32,000 nt of DNA from Candidatus Electronema aureum (lineage in GTDB: Bacteria > Desulfobacterota > Desulfobulbia > Desulfobulbales > Desulfobulbaceae): the NCBI GenBank assembly GCA_004284765.1, contig NQJD01000004.1:60001-92000 (forward strand), given 5' to 3'. Shown here in pieces: positions 9,223-17,372 of this stretch. The first letter of the stretch is position 1. The number at the start of each line of letters is the position of its first letter. Both the position numbers and the translations under genes were made by a program. Below the pieces are notes generated by a model, which was not told the origin of the DNA, made no database searches, and saw only the letters and a program-made list of their open reading frames with translations.

Positions 9223-10463
9223 CGCAGCTCCTCCAGATCAGCAAGTCCTTCCTGCGGCCATTTGTCCGCGTCCATCTCCGGCGCGACTGAGCAGCCGCCG
9301 CCGATCACCATGCCGTCGGGCACGTGGTTGTTCCAGCCGATCACCGTCACCCGTCCGCCTGCCGCACCTGCCCGCACGCCGCTGCCAAAGCTGGTGTTGA
9401 CATCGCTGATCACCCGCTCCAGTTTGCTGCCTTCCTTCACGGTGTTGTTGAAGAAAAGGATGGAGTTGCTGACCTCCGCGCCCTTCTCCACCTGCACGCC
9501 GGGGAAGAGGATCGAATTCCGCACGATTCCCTCAACAATGCAGCCATTGTAGGCCATCGAATTGTCCAAGGAGCCGTCCGGCCCAACCTTGAGCGGCTGG
9601 CAGTCGCGAATGCCACGATGCTCCAAATTCGTGCGCAGGCCCCAGTGCTCCATGTCAATCAGCGGGCTGTCGCCAAGCAGGTCCATTGAGGTCTGCCAGT
9701 ATTCATCCACAGTGCGGGTATAGCCCCAATAGCCGTTGAATTTGTAGCCGAAAACCTTCATGCCGCGCCGCATCATCATTGGGATGATGTCGCGGCCAAA
9801 CTCGTAGGATTCAGCGGCCTGATTCTCTTTCAATATGGCGCAAAGCACCTTGGGCTTGAAGCAGAGGACAGTGAGCGAAGCCCAGTCGCCCTTCGGCTCC
9901 TCCGGCTTTTCTTCATAAGAAAGCAGCCGTCCGCCTTCAGCAGTGTTATCAGCAATCTCCGCCACGCCGAAACGCCGGGCCGCGTTTTTTTTCTCCACCT
10001 TGATGAAGGCGGCGGTGAGGTCAGCATCCTGCTCATGATGAAAGCGGATCAGCTGCCGGTAGTCCATTTCATAAATATGATCGCCGGAAAGGATGAGTAT
10101 TTCCTCCGGCTTGTTGTAGCGGATGAAATCAAGGTTCTGATAGACTGCGTCTGCCGAGCCGCGATACCAGTGCGGATTGTAGTAATCTTTGAACGGCGGC
10201 AGGATGAAGATGCCCCGGTTCCTGCCGATCATGTCCCAGGCCGCGCCGGTGCCGATGTGGTTGATCAGCGAGTAGGAGCGGTACTGGCTGAGAATGGCGA
10301 TGCGCTCGATGCCGGAGCGCATCAGGTTGCTCAGGGGGAAGTCGATCACCCGGGCAAAGCCGCCGAAGGGGACAGCGGATTTGGGACGGTAGTGGGTGAG
10401 AACCCCCAGCTCGTCAACGCGGCCTCCGGCCAAAATCATCGCCAACGTGGAAGGCGTTGCCAT
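9219..10463 (-). CDS. glucose-1-phosphate adenylyltransferase family, divergent (GlgD-like) paralogue
   Basis: 414 aa, same fold (WYRGSADAV, ILSGDHIY). The glycine-rich loop reads ILAGGRVDEL and RAKPAV is replaced by RPKSAV. There is a 4-nt overlap with the downstream glgC. Confidence 0.8.
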   Translation of the reverse strand: MATPSTLAMILAGGRVDELGVLTHYRPKSAVPFGGFARVIDFPLSNLMRSGIERIAILSQYRSYSLINHIGTGAAWDMIGRNRGIFILPPFKDYYNPHWYRGSADAVYQNLDFIRYNKPEEILILSGDHIYEMDYRQLIRFHHEQDADLTAAFIKVEKKNAARRFGVAEIADNTAEGGRLLSYEEKPEEPKGDWASLTVLCFKPKVLCAILKENQAAESYEFGRDIIPMMMRRGMKVFGYKFNGYWGYTRTVDEYWQTSMDLLGDSPLIDMEHWGLRTNLEHRGIRDCQPLKVGPDGSLDNSMAYNGCIVEGIVRNSILFPGVQVEKGAEVSNSILFFNNTVKEGSKLERVISDVNTSFGSGVRAGAAGGRVTVIGWNNHVPDGMVIGGGCSVAPEMDADKWPQEGLADLEELR

Positions 10464-10549
10464 ACAGACTCCCTGAAGTTCAGGCTGGTTGATGGTTGGA
10501 AATGCTGTCTGCGGCGCAAGACGACTGCTTTTATCTTTTCCGCAGCCGA

Positions 10550-10578
10550 ATTATACTGCGCTCAGATGAAAAGGACAA
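10550..10578 (-). promoter_or_regulatory. putative sigma70-type promoter for the glgD-like/glgC pair
   Basis: On the minus strand, TTGTCC, a 17-nt spacer, then TATAAT, about 85 nt upstream of the ATG at 10463. Pattern match only. Confidence 0.3.
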
Positions 10579-10672
10579 AGGTTTTCGCCGGTCAAATAGC
10601 CCTGCTGCCGCCTGCTTGCCCCGAAAAAAGCACCGCCGTTCTTTTTGTAAAAGTACCACCGTAACATGGTTT

Positions 10673-10778
10673 AAACATCGACCGTTGTTTTATCCAATCT
10701 ACGGTCGTTGTTTTAAAAAACATCGGGCGTTAAATTTCTAAACAACGACCGTTAACTTTTTTCGGAGACGAGCGATGT
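10673..10778. repeat. cluster of short direct and inverted repeats (CGryCGTTGTTTTA and ACATCG motifs)
   Basis: cgaccgttgtttta (10679-10692), cggtcgttgtttta (10702-10715) and the inverted taaacaacgaccg (10739-10751). Also aaacatcgaccgtt (10673) against aaacatcgggcgtt (10718), and an inverted cgatgt (10773-10778). Confidence 0.6.
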
Positions 10779-10810
10779 TCTTTTGGGAGACAGGGTAGAG
10801 CCACTGCCGA

Positions 10811-11848
10811 TCAGAGGTGGCGGGTGGCGATTTTTATCAAGGTGGCGGTGCTGAAATCCTGGCCTTCGCGCCGGGGCGGCAGGTTCTTCAGCGGTAGTTC
10901 AGCCCGTGCCGACTCACGATGGCCGCCGGCAGAGCCGTATTCGCCAAAGGTCTTCTGCGCGAACTTGCCTGCGTGCTTACGGTAGCCGTCGCAGCGGAGG
11001 ATCACGACCAGCTTTTCGCCGCAGCACCCAGACACCAGCACCCAGTCGAATTGATCAACATGATTCAGAAAGTCGGCGATAATCACCAGCACGTCCGGGG
11101 TGCTAACCTTGCCGATGTGGGCATAAGCGCGACCTTTGCTTGATTTGACTTCTTTGAGGGCAATTTTGAAGTATTTCAGCTCAGAGCGGCGTAGCTCAGT
11201 CAGCTCAAACTTGCGCACCAAGTTGCGGTTGGCAAGATTGAAGACGTAGCGGAAGGAGATGCCGTCTGCCAGCTGGAGATTTTTCTTTTCAAAATTGTGG
11301 GTATCAACCTTGATGCCGTAATACAGAGCCGTGGCGAGTGCAACTGAAGGGGTGATGTTAGCGGCCCGCAGGTATTCCACCATCATCGAGGCCACTGCCC
11401 CGTAATCCGGGCGGATATCGATAAATTTTGCGTCCCAGCCACTGCTGATCGGATGATGATCAATCACTGCGTCGAACTGAATTTTTTCAAAGCAGGGGTT
11501 GTGAGTTGGCTGCGAGTCGAGGAGGATTTTTTTAGAATAATCGTTGATCTGAAGGGTGTGCAGGCGTTCAATGGGAATTTTCAGCCGCTCAACCATCGTC
11601 ATGTTATTCAACCTGCGTATCTCATTCGGATAACCGATAGTCACGCTGCCTACCCGATAACTGAGGAGTCGCTTGACTGCCATCGCGCAGGCCAGCGAGT
11701 CGGGATCGGCGACAATGACAAGCAGCACCTGATCGGTGCGGCCAAAGAGCTGATAGAAAGCATTCAGGCGCGTCAGGGCTGAATAACGGCTTTTCTCGCT
11801 GCGATTGATGACACCAGCAATTTTTTCCAATCTGGTCTGCTTTAACAA
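10811..11848 (-). CDS. DHH/DHHA1 family phosphoesterase (NrnA-like)
   Basis: DPDSLACAMA (DxD), IDHHP (DHH) and GSAGGHRESA (DHHA1 GGGH-like). The tracked start is TTG, so the true start is uncertain. Confidence 0.78.
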   Translation of the reverse strand: MLKQTRLEKIAGVINRSEKSRYSALTRLNAFYQLFGRTDQVLLVIVADPDSLACAMAVKRLLSYRVGSVTIGYPNEIRRLNNMTMVERLKIPIERLHTLQINDYSKKILLDSQPTHNPCFEKIQFDAVIDHHPISSGWDAKFIDIRPDYGAVASMMVEYLRAANITPSVALATALYYGIKVDTHNFEKKNLQLADGISFRYVFNLANRNLVRKFELTELRRSELKYFKIALKEVKSSKGRAYAHIGKVSTPDVLVIIADFLNHVDQFDWVLVSGCCGEKLVVILRCDGYRKHAGKFAQKTFGEYGSAGGHRESARAELPLKNLPPRREGQDFSTATLIKIATRHL

Positions 11849-11939
11849 GATGCCTGTTACTGTTGTTTTAAAGTACAGCTCAAACCAATTCTTTGTAAGA
11901 GTAGCACAGAGAGACTAAAAAATGCAAGCAGGCTTTCGT

Positions 11940-13583
11940 TCAACGGAAAACCGGCACAGAGGGGAAGAGAGAGGGATCGGTGTGCGGGATGAAGCGTGAG
12001 CCGGAAAAGCGGATCATGAATTCCTGATTCACGTTCAGCTCAAGATAAGTGATTTTGCGGCAGATATCTTGCGCTCGCTCCCAAAGCGTGTGATCAAGCA
12101 GAAGCTGCTCGGCACCAGCCAGCGAGGTATTGCCAACGGGATTAAAAACCGTCAGCGGTAAATCCGGCAGCATTCCCAGCGTGATGGCTTGGCGCGGGTT
12201 GATGTGCTCGCCAAAAGCCCCGGCCACGTGAATCTGCTCCAGTTCGCTGAAAGCAATGCCAACTTGGGCGCACAGGGTTTCCAAGATGGCATACATGGCA
12301 GCTTTGGAGCGCATCATCGCATCTAAATCGGTCTGGCTAACGCTCACACCCTCGACCAGGAGAAAGGTTGTCTCATTGCCGCACTGCACTAAGCGTTCTT
12401 GGACAAACTGCCGCTGCGCCTCGCTCTGACCGACAAACTCTGCCTGAAACTTGCCGCGCAGGTCAATGATCCGGGCAAGATATAATTCTGCCGCTAAGTC
12501 AATCAGGCCGGAACCACAAATACCAAGCGGCGGGGCATCCGCAATGCTGCGCCACGTCAGCCGCCAGCTCACGCGGTCAATGCTGACCTGCTCAATTGCG
12601 CTCGGTGCGGCCCGCATTCCCATCCGTGCCACCCCGCCTTCCAAAGCCGGACCAGCCGCACCAGCGCAGGCGATCAACCAATCCTTACCACCCAGCACCA
12701 CCTCGGCGTTGGTGCCTACGTCGATGAGCATGGCAGGCTGTTCCGCTTGATCAAGACCAACTGCCAGAATACCAGAAATCAAATCACCGCCAAAATAGCT
12801 GCCCCGGCTGGGCAAAAGCCATGTCATCGCCTGCGGATGCAGCCGCAAGCCAATCTCCGTTGCCAAAAAGGGATCAGGTGCATTGACTAGGGGAATATAC
12901 GGCTCACGGCAAAGGTAATACGGACTAAGGCCGAGCAGCAGGTGCGCCATCGTGGTGTTGCCTGCGGCGGTCAGTGTGCGAATTTCCTCCGGCAGGACGG
13001 CAGCCTCTTGGCAGAACTGGGCAATCAGCCCGTTGATTGAATCGACCGCCGCCTGCTGAAGCTGGCGCAGCCCCTCCTCTTTGGCAGCACAATGAATGCG
13101 CGTGAGGATATCAGCTCCGTATTCCACCTGCTGATTGAGGGCGGTGTTACGGGCAAGAACCTTGCCAGTGAGCAGGTCAATCAAGCTGGCCTCAAGGTGA
13201 GTTGAGCCTAAGTCCAAGGCCAAGCCCGGCAGCAGTTTCGGTTCCTCCGGCAGAAAGTCGATCAGCTCAAGCTGGCCGGGCAAGCAATGAACAACTGCCC
13301 AACCGTGAAAGCCAGCAGCCCGAAATGCTGCGGCAACTGTGGTTATGCAGGCAAAGGGAACCCGCAGCGGCCTGCCTGCCAATTCAGACGGTAGAGCAGC
13401 GGCTAACGTCGCCTTCAAGCGGTCAAGATCAGCGGTGTTGTCAGCCAGACTCGGCGGCACAGCAACCAGCGGCAGGGCCACGGTCAAAGGAATTGTTGCA
13501 ACCATAGAACACACAAAGATGGACGGCTTTTCCGGGTAATGCTTGACTGAACCGCCCGCAGAGGGTAAGAAATATTGCTGCAA
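11940..13583 (-). CDS. ASKHA-fold ATPase, DUF4445 family (RACo-like C-terminal module)
   Basis: LALDLGSTHLEASLIDL, IDVGTNAEVVLG, GAAGPALEGG and GICGSGLID are actin/HSP70-like phosphate and adenosine motifs. The start may instead be the MVATIPL Met at 13505. Confidence 0.72.
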   Translation of the reverse strand: MQQYFLPSAGGSVKHYPEKPSIFVCSMVATIPLTVALPLVAVPPSLADNTADLDRLKATLAAALPSELAGRPLRVPFACITTVAAAFRAAGFHGWAVVHCLPGQLELIDFLPEEPKLLPGLALDLGSTHLEASLIDLLTGKVLARNTALNQQVEYGADILTRIHCAAKEEGLRQLQQAAVDSINGLIAQFCQEAAVLPEEIRTLTAAGNTTMAHLLLGLSPYYLCREPYIPLVNAPDPFLATEIGLRLHPQAMTWLLPSRGSYFGGDLISGILAVGLDQAEQPAMLIDVGTNAEVVLGGKDWLIACAGAAGPALEGGVARMGMRAAPSAIEQVSIDRVSWRLTWRSIADAPPLGICGSGLIDLAAELYLARIIDLRGKFQAEFVGQSEAQRQFVQERLVQCGNETTFLLVEGVSVSQTDLDAMMRSKAAMYAILETLCAQVGIAFSELEQIHVAGAFGEHINPRQAITLGMLPDLPLTVFNPVGNTSLAGAEQLLLDHTLWERAQDICRKITYLELNVNQEFMIRFSGSRFIPHTDPSLFPSVPVFR

Positions 13584-13637
13584 TATCGTAGGAGCGAAAA
13601 ATCTTTCACCCCTACAATCTCCTTGCTACTTTTTACA

Positions 13638-14723
13638 ATGAACCTCCTCAACCGCTATATCCTCAAGCAGTTCGGCAAGAATCTCCTCATGCTGGCTTTG
13701 AGCTTCATCGCCTTGTATATTCTGATCGATTTCTTTGAAAAGATCGACAATTTCATGGAAAAAGGCAAGCCGATGGTGCTGGTGGGAAAATTCTTCCTCC
13801 TCTCCATTCCGTTTGTAGTCGAACAGATGGGGCCAGTCTGCATTCTGTTAGCGGGTGTTGTCACGCTTGGCGTACTTAACAATTCCAATGAGCTGACCGC
13901 GCTCAAGGCAGGCGGCATCTCCCTCAAGCAAATCACTGGCCCGATCATCGCTGCTGGGCTGGCCGCAACGCTGCTGCTCTTAGCTTTGTCGCAGTTTGTC
14001 CTGCCAAGGACAGCTGCGATTACCAACCGAATCTGGCACCGCGAGGTCAAAGGCCAGATGCCGCTCGGCATCTATCGGAGTGGACGCTATTACTATCAGG
14101 GGGAAGACAATTTCTACTCCTTTGCTCGGCCTGATCATGCCAAAACGAAGTTTTTTTTCTTTTCCCATGCTGCTTGGAATAAGCAGTACCAGCTACAAAC
14201 TTTAGTGGCAGCAGAGCAGGCCGTGTGGCAGAACGACAAGTGGCTGCTTTACAACGGCCAAGTGCAGATTGCTCAAGGTGATGGACAGTTCAAAACTGAG
14301 ATATTCAAATGGCGCAGTTTCCCTTTCAAGGAAAAACCAGCAGATTTTTTTATCCCTCGGCTACGGAGCAGCGAGCTATCTATCTTAGAGCTGTACCGAG
14401 ATGCGCTACGCCGCAAGCAGAGCAAAGAGGAAAAGTCCGCCGCCTGGGCGGAGTTCTACGGGCGGGTCTCATACATTCTGCTGGGCCTGCCCTTGCTCCT
14501 GCTGGGCCTGCCGTTTATTCTGCTGGTCTATCGGAAATGGGGCCGCGACCTCTCCCTTGCTGTGCCGGTGAGCTGCGGCATGGCCTTCGCCTGCTGGGGC
14601 ATCTGGGCAATCTTGCAGTCCTTGGCCAAGGCCGCGTATTTCGATCCGCTGGCAGCGGCCTTGTCGGTGCATCTGACCGTGGGTGCACTAGGACTATTTC
14701 TACTGCTGCGGGAGGATACGTAA
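13638..14723 (+). CDS. LptF/LptG family LPS-export permease
   Basis: MNLLNRYILKQFGKNLLMLALSFIALYILIDFFEKIDNF is a typical YjgP/YjgQ N-terminus. It has a periplasmic middle domain and C-terminal TM helices. I place the start at the MNLLNRY Met rather than the tracked 13575. Confidence 0.85.
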   Translation: MNLLNRYILKQFGKNLLMLALSFIALYILIDFFEKIDNFMEKGKPMVLVGKFFLLSIPFVVEQMGPVCILLAGVVTLGVLNNSNELTALKAGGISLKQITGPIIAAGLAATLLLLALSQFVLPRTAAITNRIWHREVKGQMPLGIYRSGRYYYQGEDNFYSFARPDHAKTKFFFFSHAAWNKQYQLQTLVAAEQAVWQNDKWLLYNGQVQIAQGDGQFKTEIFKWRSFPFKEKPADFFIPRLRSSELSILELYRDALRRKQSKEEKSAAWAEFYGRVSYILLGLPLLLLGLPFILLVYRKWGRDLSLAVPVSCGMAFACWGIWAILQSLAKAAYFDPLAAALSVHLTVGALGLFLLLREDT

Positions 14724-14727
14724 CACA

Positions 14728-17352
14728 ATGAACAGCAATGAACTGACCATCAGTAAACCGGTTTCCGTCTGGAACAAGAGCATCAGCCTTGAGCCAAAGA
14801 AGTTCCTGCAAGGCATTGGCAAGGCGGCGATAAAAGGCGCATCGCTTGACTGGAGCGGCGTTGGAGAAGCCGCCTTAGACACCATTGATGCTGCTGGCCT
14901 GCGCGATAAGCCAAATGAGCTTGCCTATTTGCTCATTTTTCGCTCGCTGGCCACTGCTCTTTCTGAGCTGGCGAAAGACTACGTTGACCTTTTCCGCAAT
15001 CCTCCGAAAGAGGAAGAGCTGGACAAGATTTCCGCCCGCTTTGCAGAGGAAATGGGCAAGGCGGAAGTATCCATCAGCCGCGAGTTCTTTGACCGGCCCG
15101 GCGAGCTGCCTTTGCTGAAGAATTTGCAAGGCCCGCTGGCCGCTTGGCTGCATGGCGTGGGTGCCAAGCAAACGGATGCGGAACAGATCGCCTGCCGCTT
15201 GCCGGATTATTTTGTCACCGCCCTGCATGAGACATGGCGGGCCGCGCCGCTGGACTACGCCGCCTTAACTCAGCATTTTGACACGCCGTTCACCAAGGCC
15301 ACGGAAGAAGCCCGGAGCTGGCGGCTCTATAATCAATGGCTGCAACGCCAAGTCAGCGACCGGATGTTTGCCGAAGCCTTTGGTGTGGAAAAGGTTTATG
15401 TGCCGCTGCGGGCGTATTACGAGGAAAAGGAGCGGGACGACGAGAGCAGCCAAGAGCTTGCGCCGCAGCGGGACAAAGTGAAACAGATTGTGGTGGATAT
15501 GGAGAGCGAGTTCCGCAACTGGCTGGACAACTTCGCTGCTGGCTCGGCAGTGCGCTTCATCAGCGGCGGGCCGGGTTCGGGAAAGTCCACCTTTGCCAAG
15601 ATATTCGCCGCCAAGATTGCCGCAGAAACCGACATCCCCTGCCTGTACATTCCCCTGCATCTCTTTGATGCCACGGACAACTTGATCACAGCAATGGAGA
15701 GCCATATCAGGAGCAACCGTTTCCTGTCCGGCAATCCGCTCGCTGCCAGAGACGGCAAAGACCGTCTGCTGATCATCTTTGACGGCTTGGACGAACTGGC
15801 TCTGCAAGGCAAGGCGGCCTCCGAAACAGCGAACAACTTTGTGGACGAAGTGCTGCGCCGCATTCAGGACGGCAACAGCCAAGGTCTGCACCGACAAGTC
15901 ATTATCACCGGGCGGACGATTGCCATTCAATCGGTGGCGGCAAAGCTGCGCGATGCCAAGCAGATCAGCCACGTGCTGCCGTATTTCATTGCGGAAGAGG
16001 AGCGCGAGGAATACCACGACCCAGACGGCCTGCTGATTGAAGATCAGCGGCAGCGATGGTGGCAGCAGTACGGCGACGCTGCGGGCAAAGGCTATGCGGG
16101 CCTGCCTGCGGACTTGGCGCGGCAGCATCTGGTTGAGATCACGGCCCAGCCGCTGCTCAATTACTTGGTTGCTCTCAGCTATGACCGCAAGACCATCACG
16201 TTCAGCGACGAGACCACGCTGAATCAAATCTATGCCGACCTTATCCGGGCGGTTTATTGCCGTCAGTATGAAAATGGTGGCCGGGTAAGTGCTTGTGCGG
16301 GCGGGCTGGATGAGAAAGACTTCATCCGGGTTTTGGAGGAAATCGCCTTAGCGGTTTGGCATGGGGACGGACGCACCGCCACGGTTGCCGGGATTCGGGA
16401 AAAACTCAAGGCGGGCGGCATTGAACGCTATTTGGAGCAGTTCCAAGAAGGGGCAAAAGCGGGCGTGACTCGTCTGCTCACCGCCTTTTACTTCCGGCAA
16501 AGCGATAACCGCCAAGACGGCGACCCGACCTTTGAATTCACCCATAAGAGCTTTGGCGAATACCTGACTGCCCTGCGCATTGTCCGCCTGTTGCGGCAGA
16601 TGGAGAAGCAGCGCAAGCGGCGGCAGGAAGACCCGGACGACGGCTGGTCGGAAAAGGTAGCCTTGCAGAAGTGGACTGCGTTTTGCGCCGTCAGGTGGAT
16701 GGATGATGACCTGCTGCGCTTTATCAGCAATGAGTTCCTCGCCATGATGCAAGAGGAGCTGCTCGCCTTGCAGGGCATGGTGCGGGAACTGCTCAGTTAC
16801 ACCATCAACCAGGGCCTGCCTTTTCCTGATGAGTTTTTGGGCAAAGGCTTCAAGGAGCATCTCCGTTTAGCCGAGAATACGGAAGGGGCATTGCTGGCCG
16901 TGCATTTTCACATTGCGGAGCTGACTAAAGAGGTCTCAAGGCTGACGCTGGAGGATGAATGGACCTTCGAGGAATGGTTCAGGCGAGCAAACGGGATGAG
17001 TCGGTATGCAGACAGGCTAGGGTACTTAGATTTATCCGACTATAATCTTTCAGGGCAGCTTTTTTATGATGCAAATTTTGTCATGTCTCGTCTTGAAGGC
17101 ACAGACTTGTTTTGTTCAATTCTTGCATGCGCAAACTTGCAAGGCGTGCAGCTTGAAAATGCGATTCTTTGTCGAGCCAATTTGCAAGATGCCAACCTTG
17201 CAGGAGCGAATCTCAAGGACGCAGACCTTAGTTATGCGAATTTGCGAAACGCAAACCTTGAAGGGGCGAATTTGGAGGGAGCGAATTTGGAGGGAGCGGA
17301 TTTAGAAGGTGCCATTCTCACAGGCACCATTTTGGAGAAGAAGGAGGCGTAA
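14728..17352 (+). CDS. STAND/NACHT-type P-loop NTPase with a C-terminal pentapeptide-repeat array
   Basis: 874 aa. Walker A GGPGSGKST (nt 15565-15591) and Walker B LLIIFDGLDE (nt 15766-15795). About 270 aa of helical N-terminal region, and a helical middle region after the NTPase core. The C-terminus (nt about 17043-17340) is A(N/D)LxG pentapeptides, ANLQDANLAGANLKDADLSYANLRNANLEGANLEGANLEGADLEGAIL. GGGAGGA lies 11 nt upstream of the ATG, inside the lptF/G 3' end. Confidence 0.85.
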   Translation: MNSNELTISKPVSVWNKSISLEPKKFLQGIGKAAIKGASLDWSGVGEAALDTIDAAGLRDKPNELAYLLIFRSLATALSELAKDYVDLFRNPPKEEELDKISARFAEEMGKAEVSISREFFDRPGELPLLKNLQGPLAAWLHGVGAKQTDAEQIACRLPDYFVTALHETWRAAPLDYAALTQHFDTPFTKATEEARSWRLYNQWLQRQVSDRMFAEAFGVEKVYVPLRAYYEEKERDDESSQELAPQRDKVKQIVVDMESEFRNWLDNFAAGSAVRFISGGPGSGKSTFAKIFAAKIAAETDIPCLYIPLHLFDATDNLITAMESHIRSNRFLSGNPLAARDGKDRLLIIFDGLDELALQGKAASETANNFVDEVLRRIQDGNSQGLHRQVIITGRTIAIQSVAAKLRDAKQISHVLPYFIAEEEREEYHDPDGLLIEDQRQRWWQQYGDAAGKGYAGLPADLARQHLVEITAQPLLNYLVALSYDRKTITFSDETTLNQIYADLIRAVYCRQYENGGRVSACAGGLDEKDFIRVLEEIALAVWHGDGRTATVAGIREKLKAGGIERYLEQFQEGAKAGVTRLLTAFYFRQSDNRQDGDPTFEFTHKSFGEYLTALRIVRLLRQMEKQRKRRQEDPDDGWSEKVALQKWTAFCAVRWMDDDLLRFISNEFLAMMQEELLALQGMVRELLSYTINQGLPFPDEFLGKGFKEHLRLAENTEGALLAVHFHIAELTKEVSRLTLEDEWTFEEWFRRANGMSRYADRLGYLDLSDYNLSGQLFYDANFVMSRLEGTDLFCSILACANLQGVQLENAILCRANLQDANLAGANLKDADLSYANLRNANLEGANLEGANLEGADLEGAILTGTILEKKEA
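17263..17307 (+). repeat. three tandem near-identical 15-nt units inside the pentapeptide coding region
   Basis: ggggcgaatttggag, ggagcgaatttggag and ggagcggatttagaa, encoding GANLE, GANLE and GADLE. Confidence 0.9.
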
Positions 17353-17372
17353 GGGCCCGTCCGCTTTGTCAC

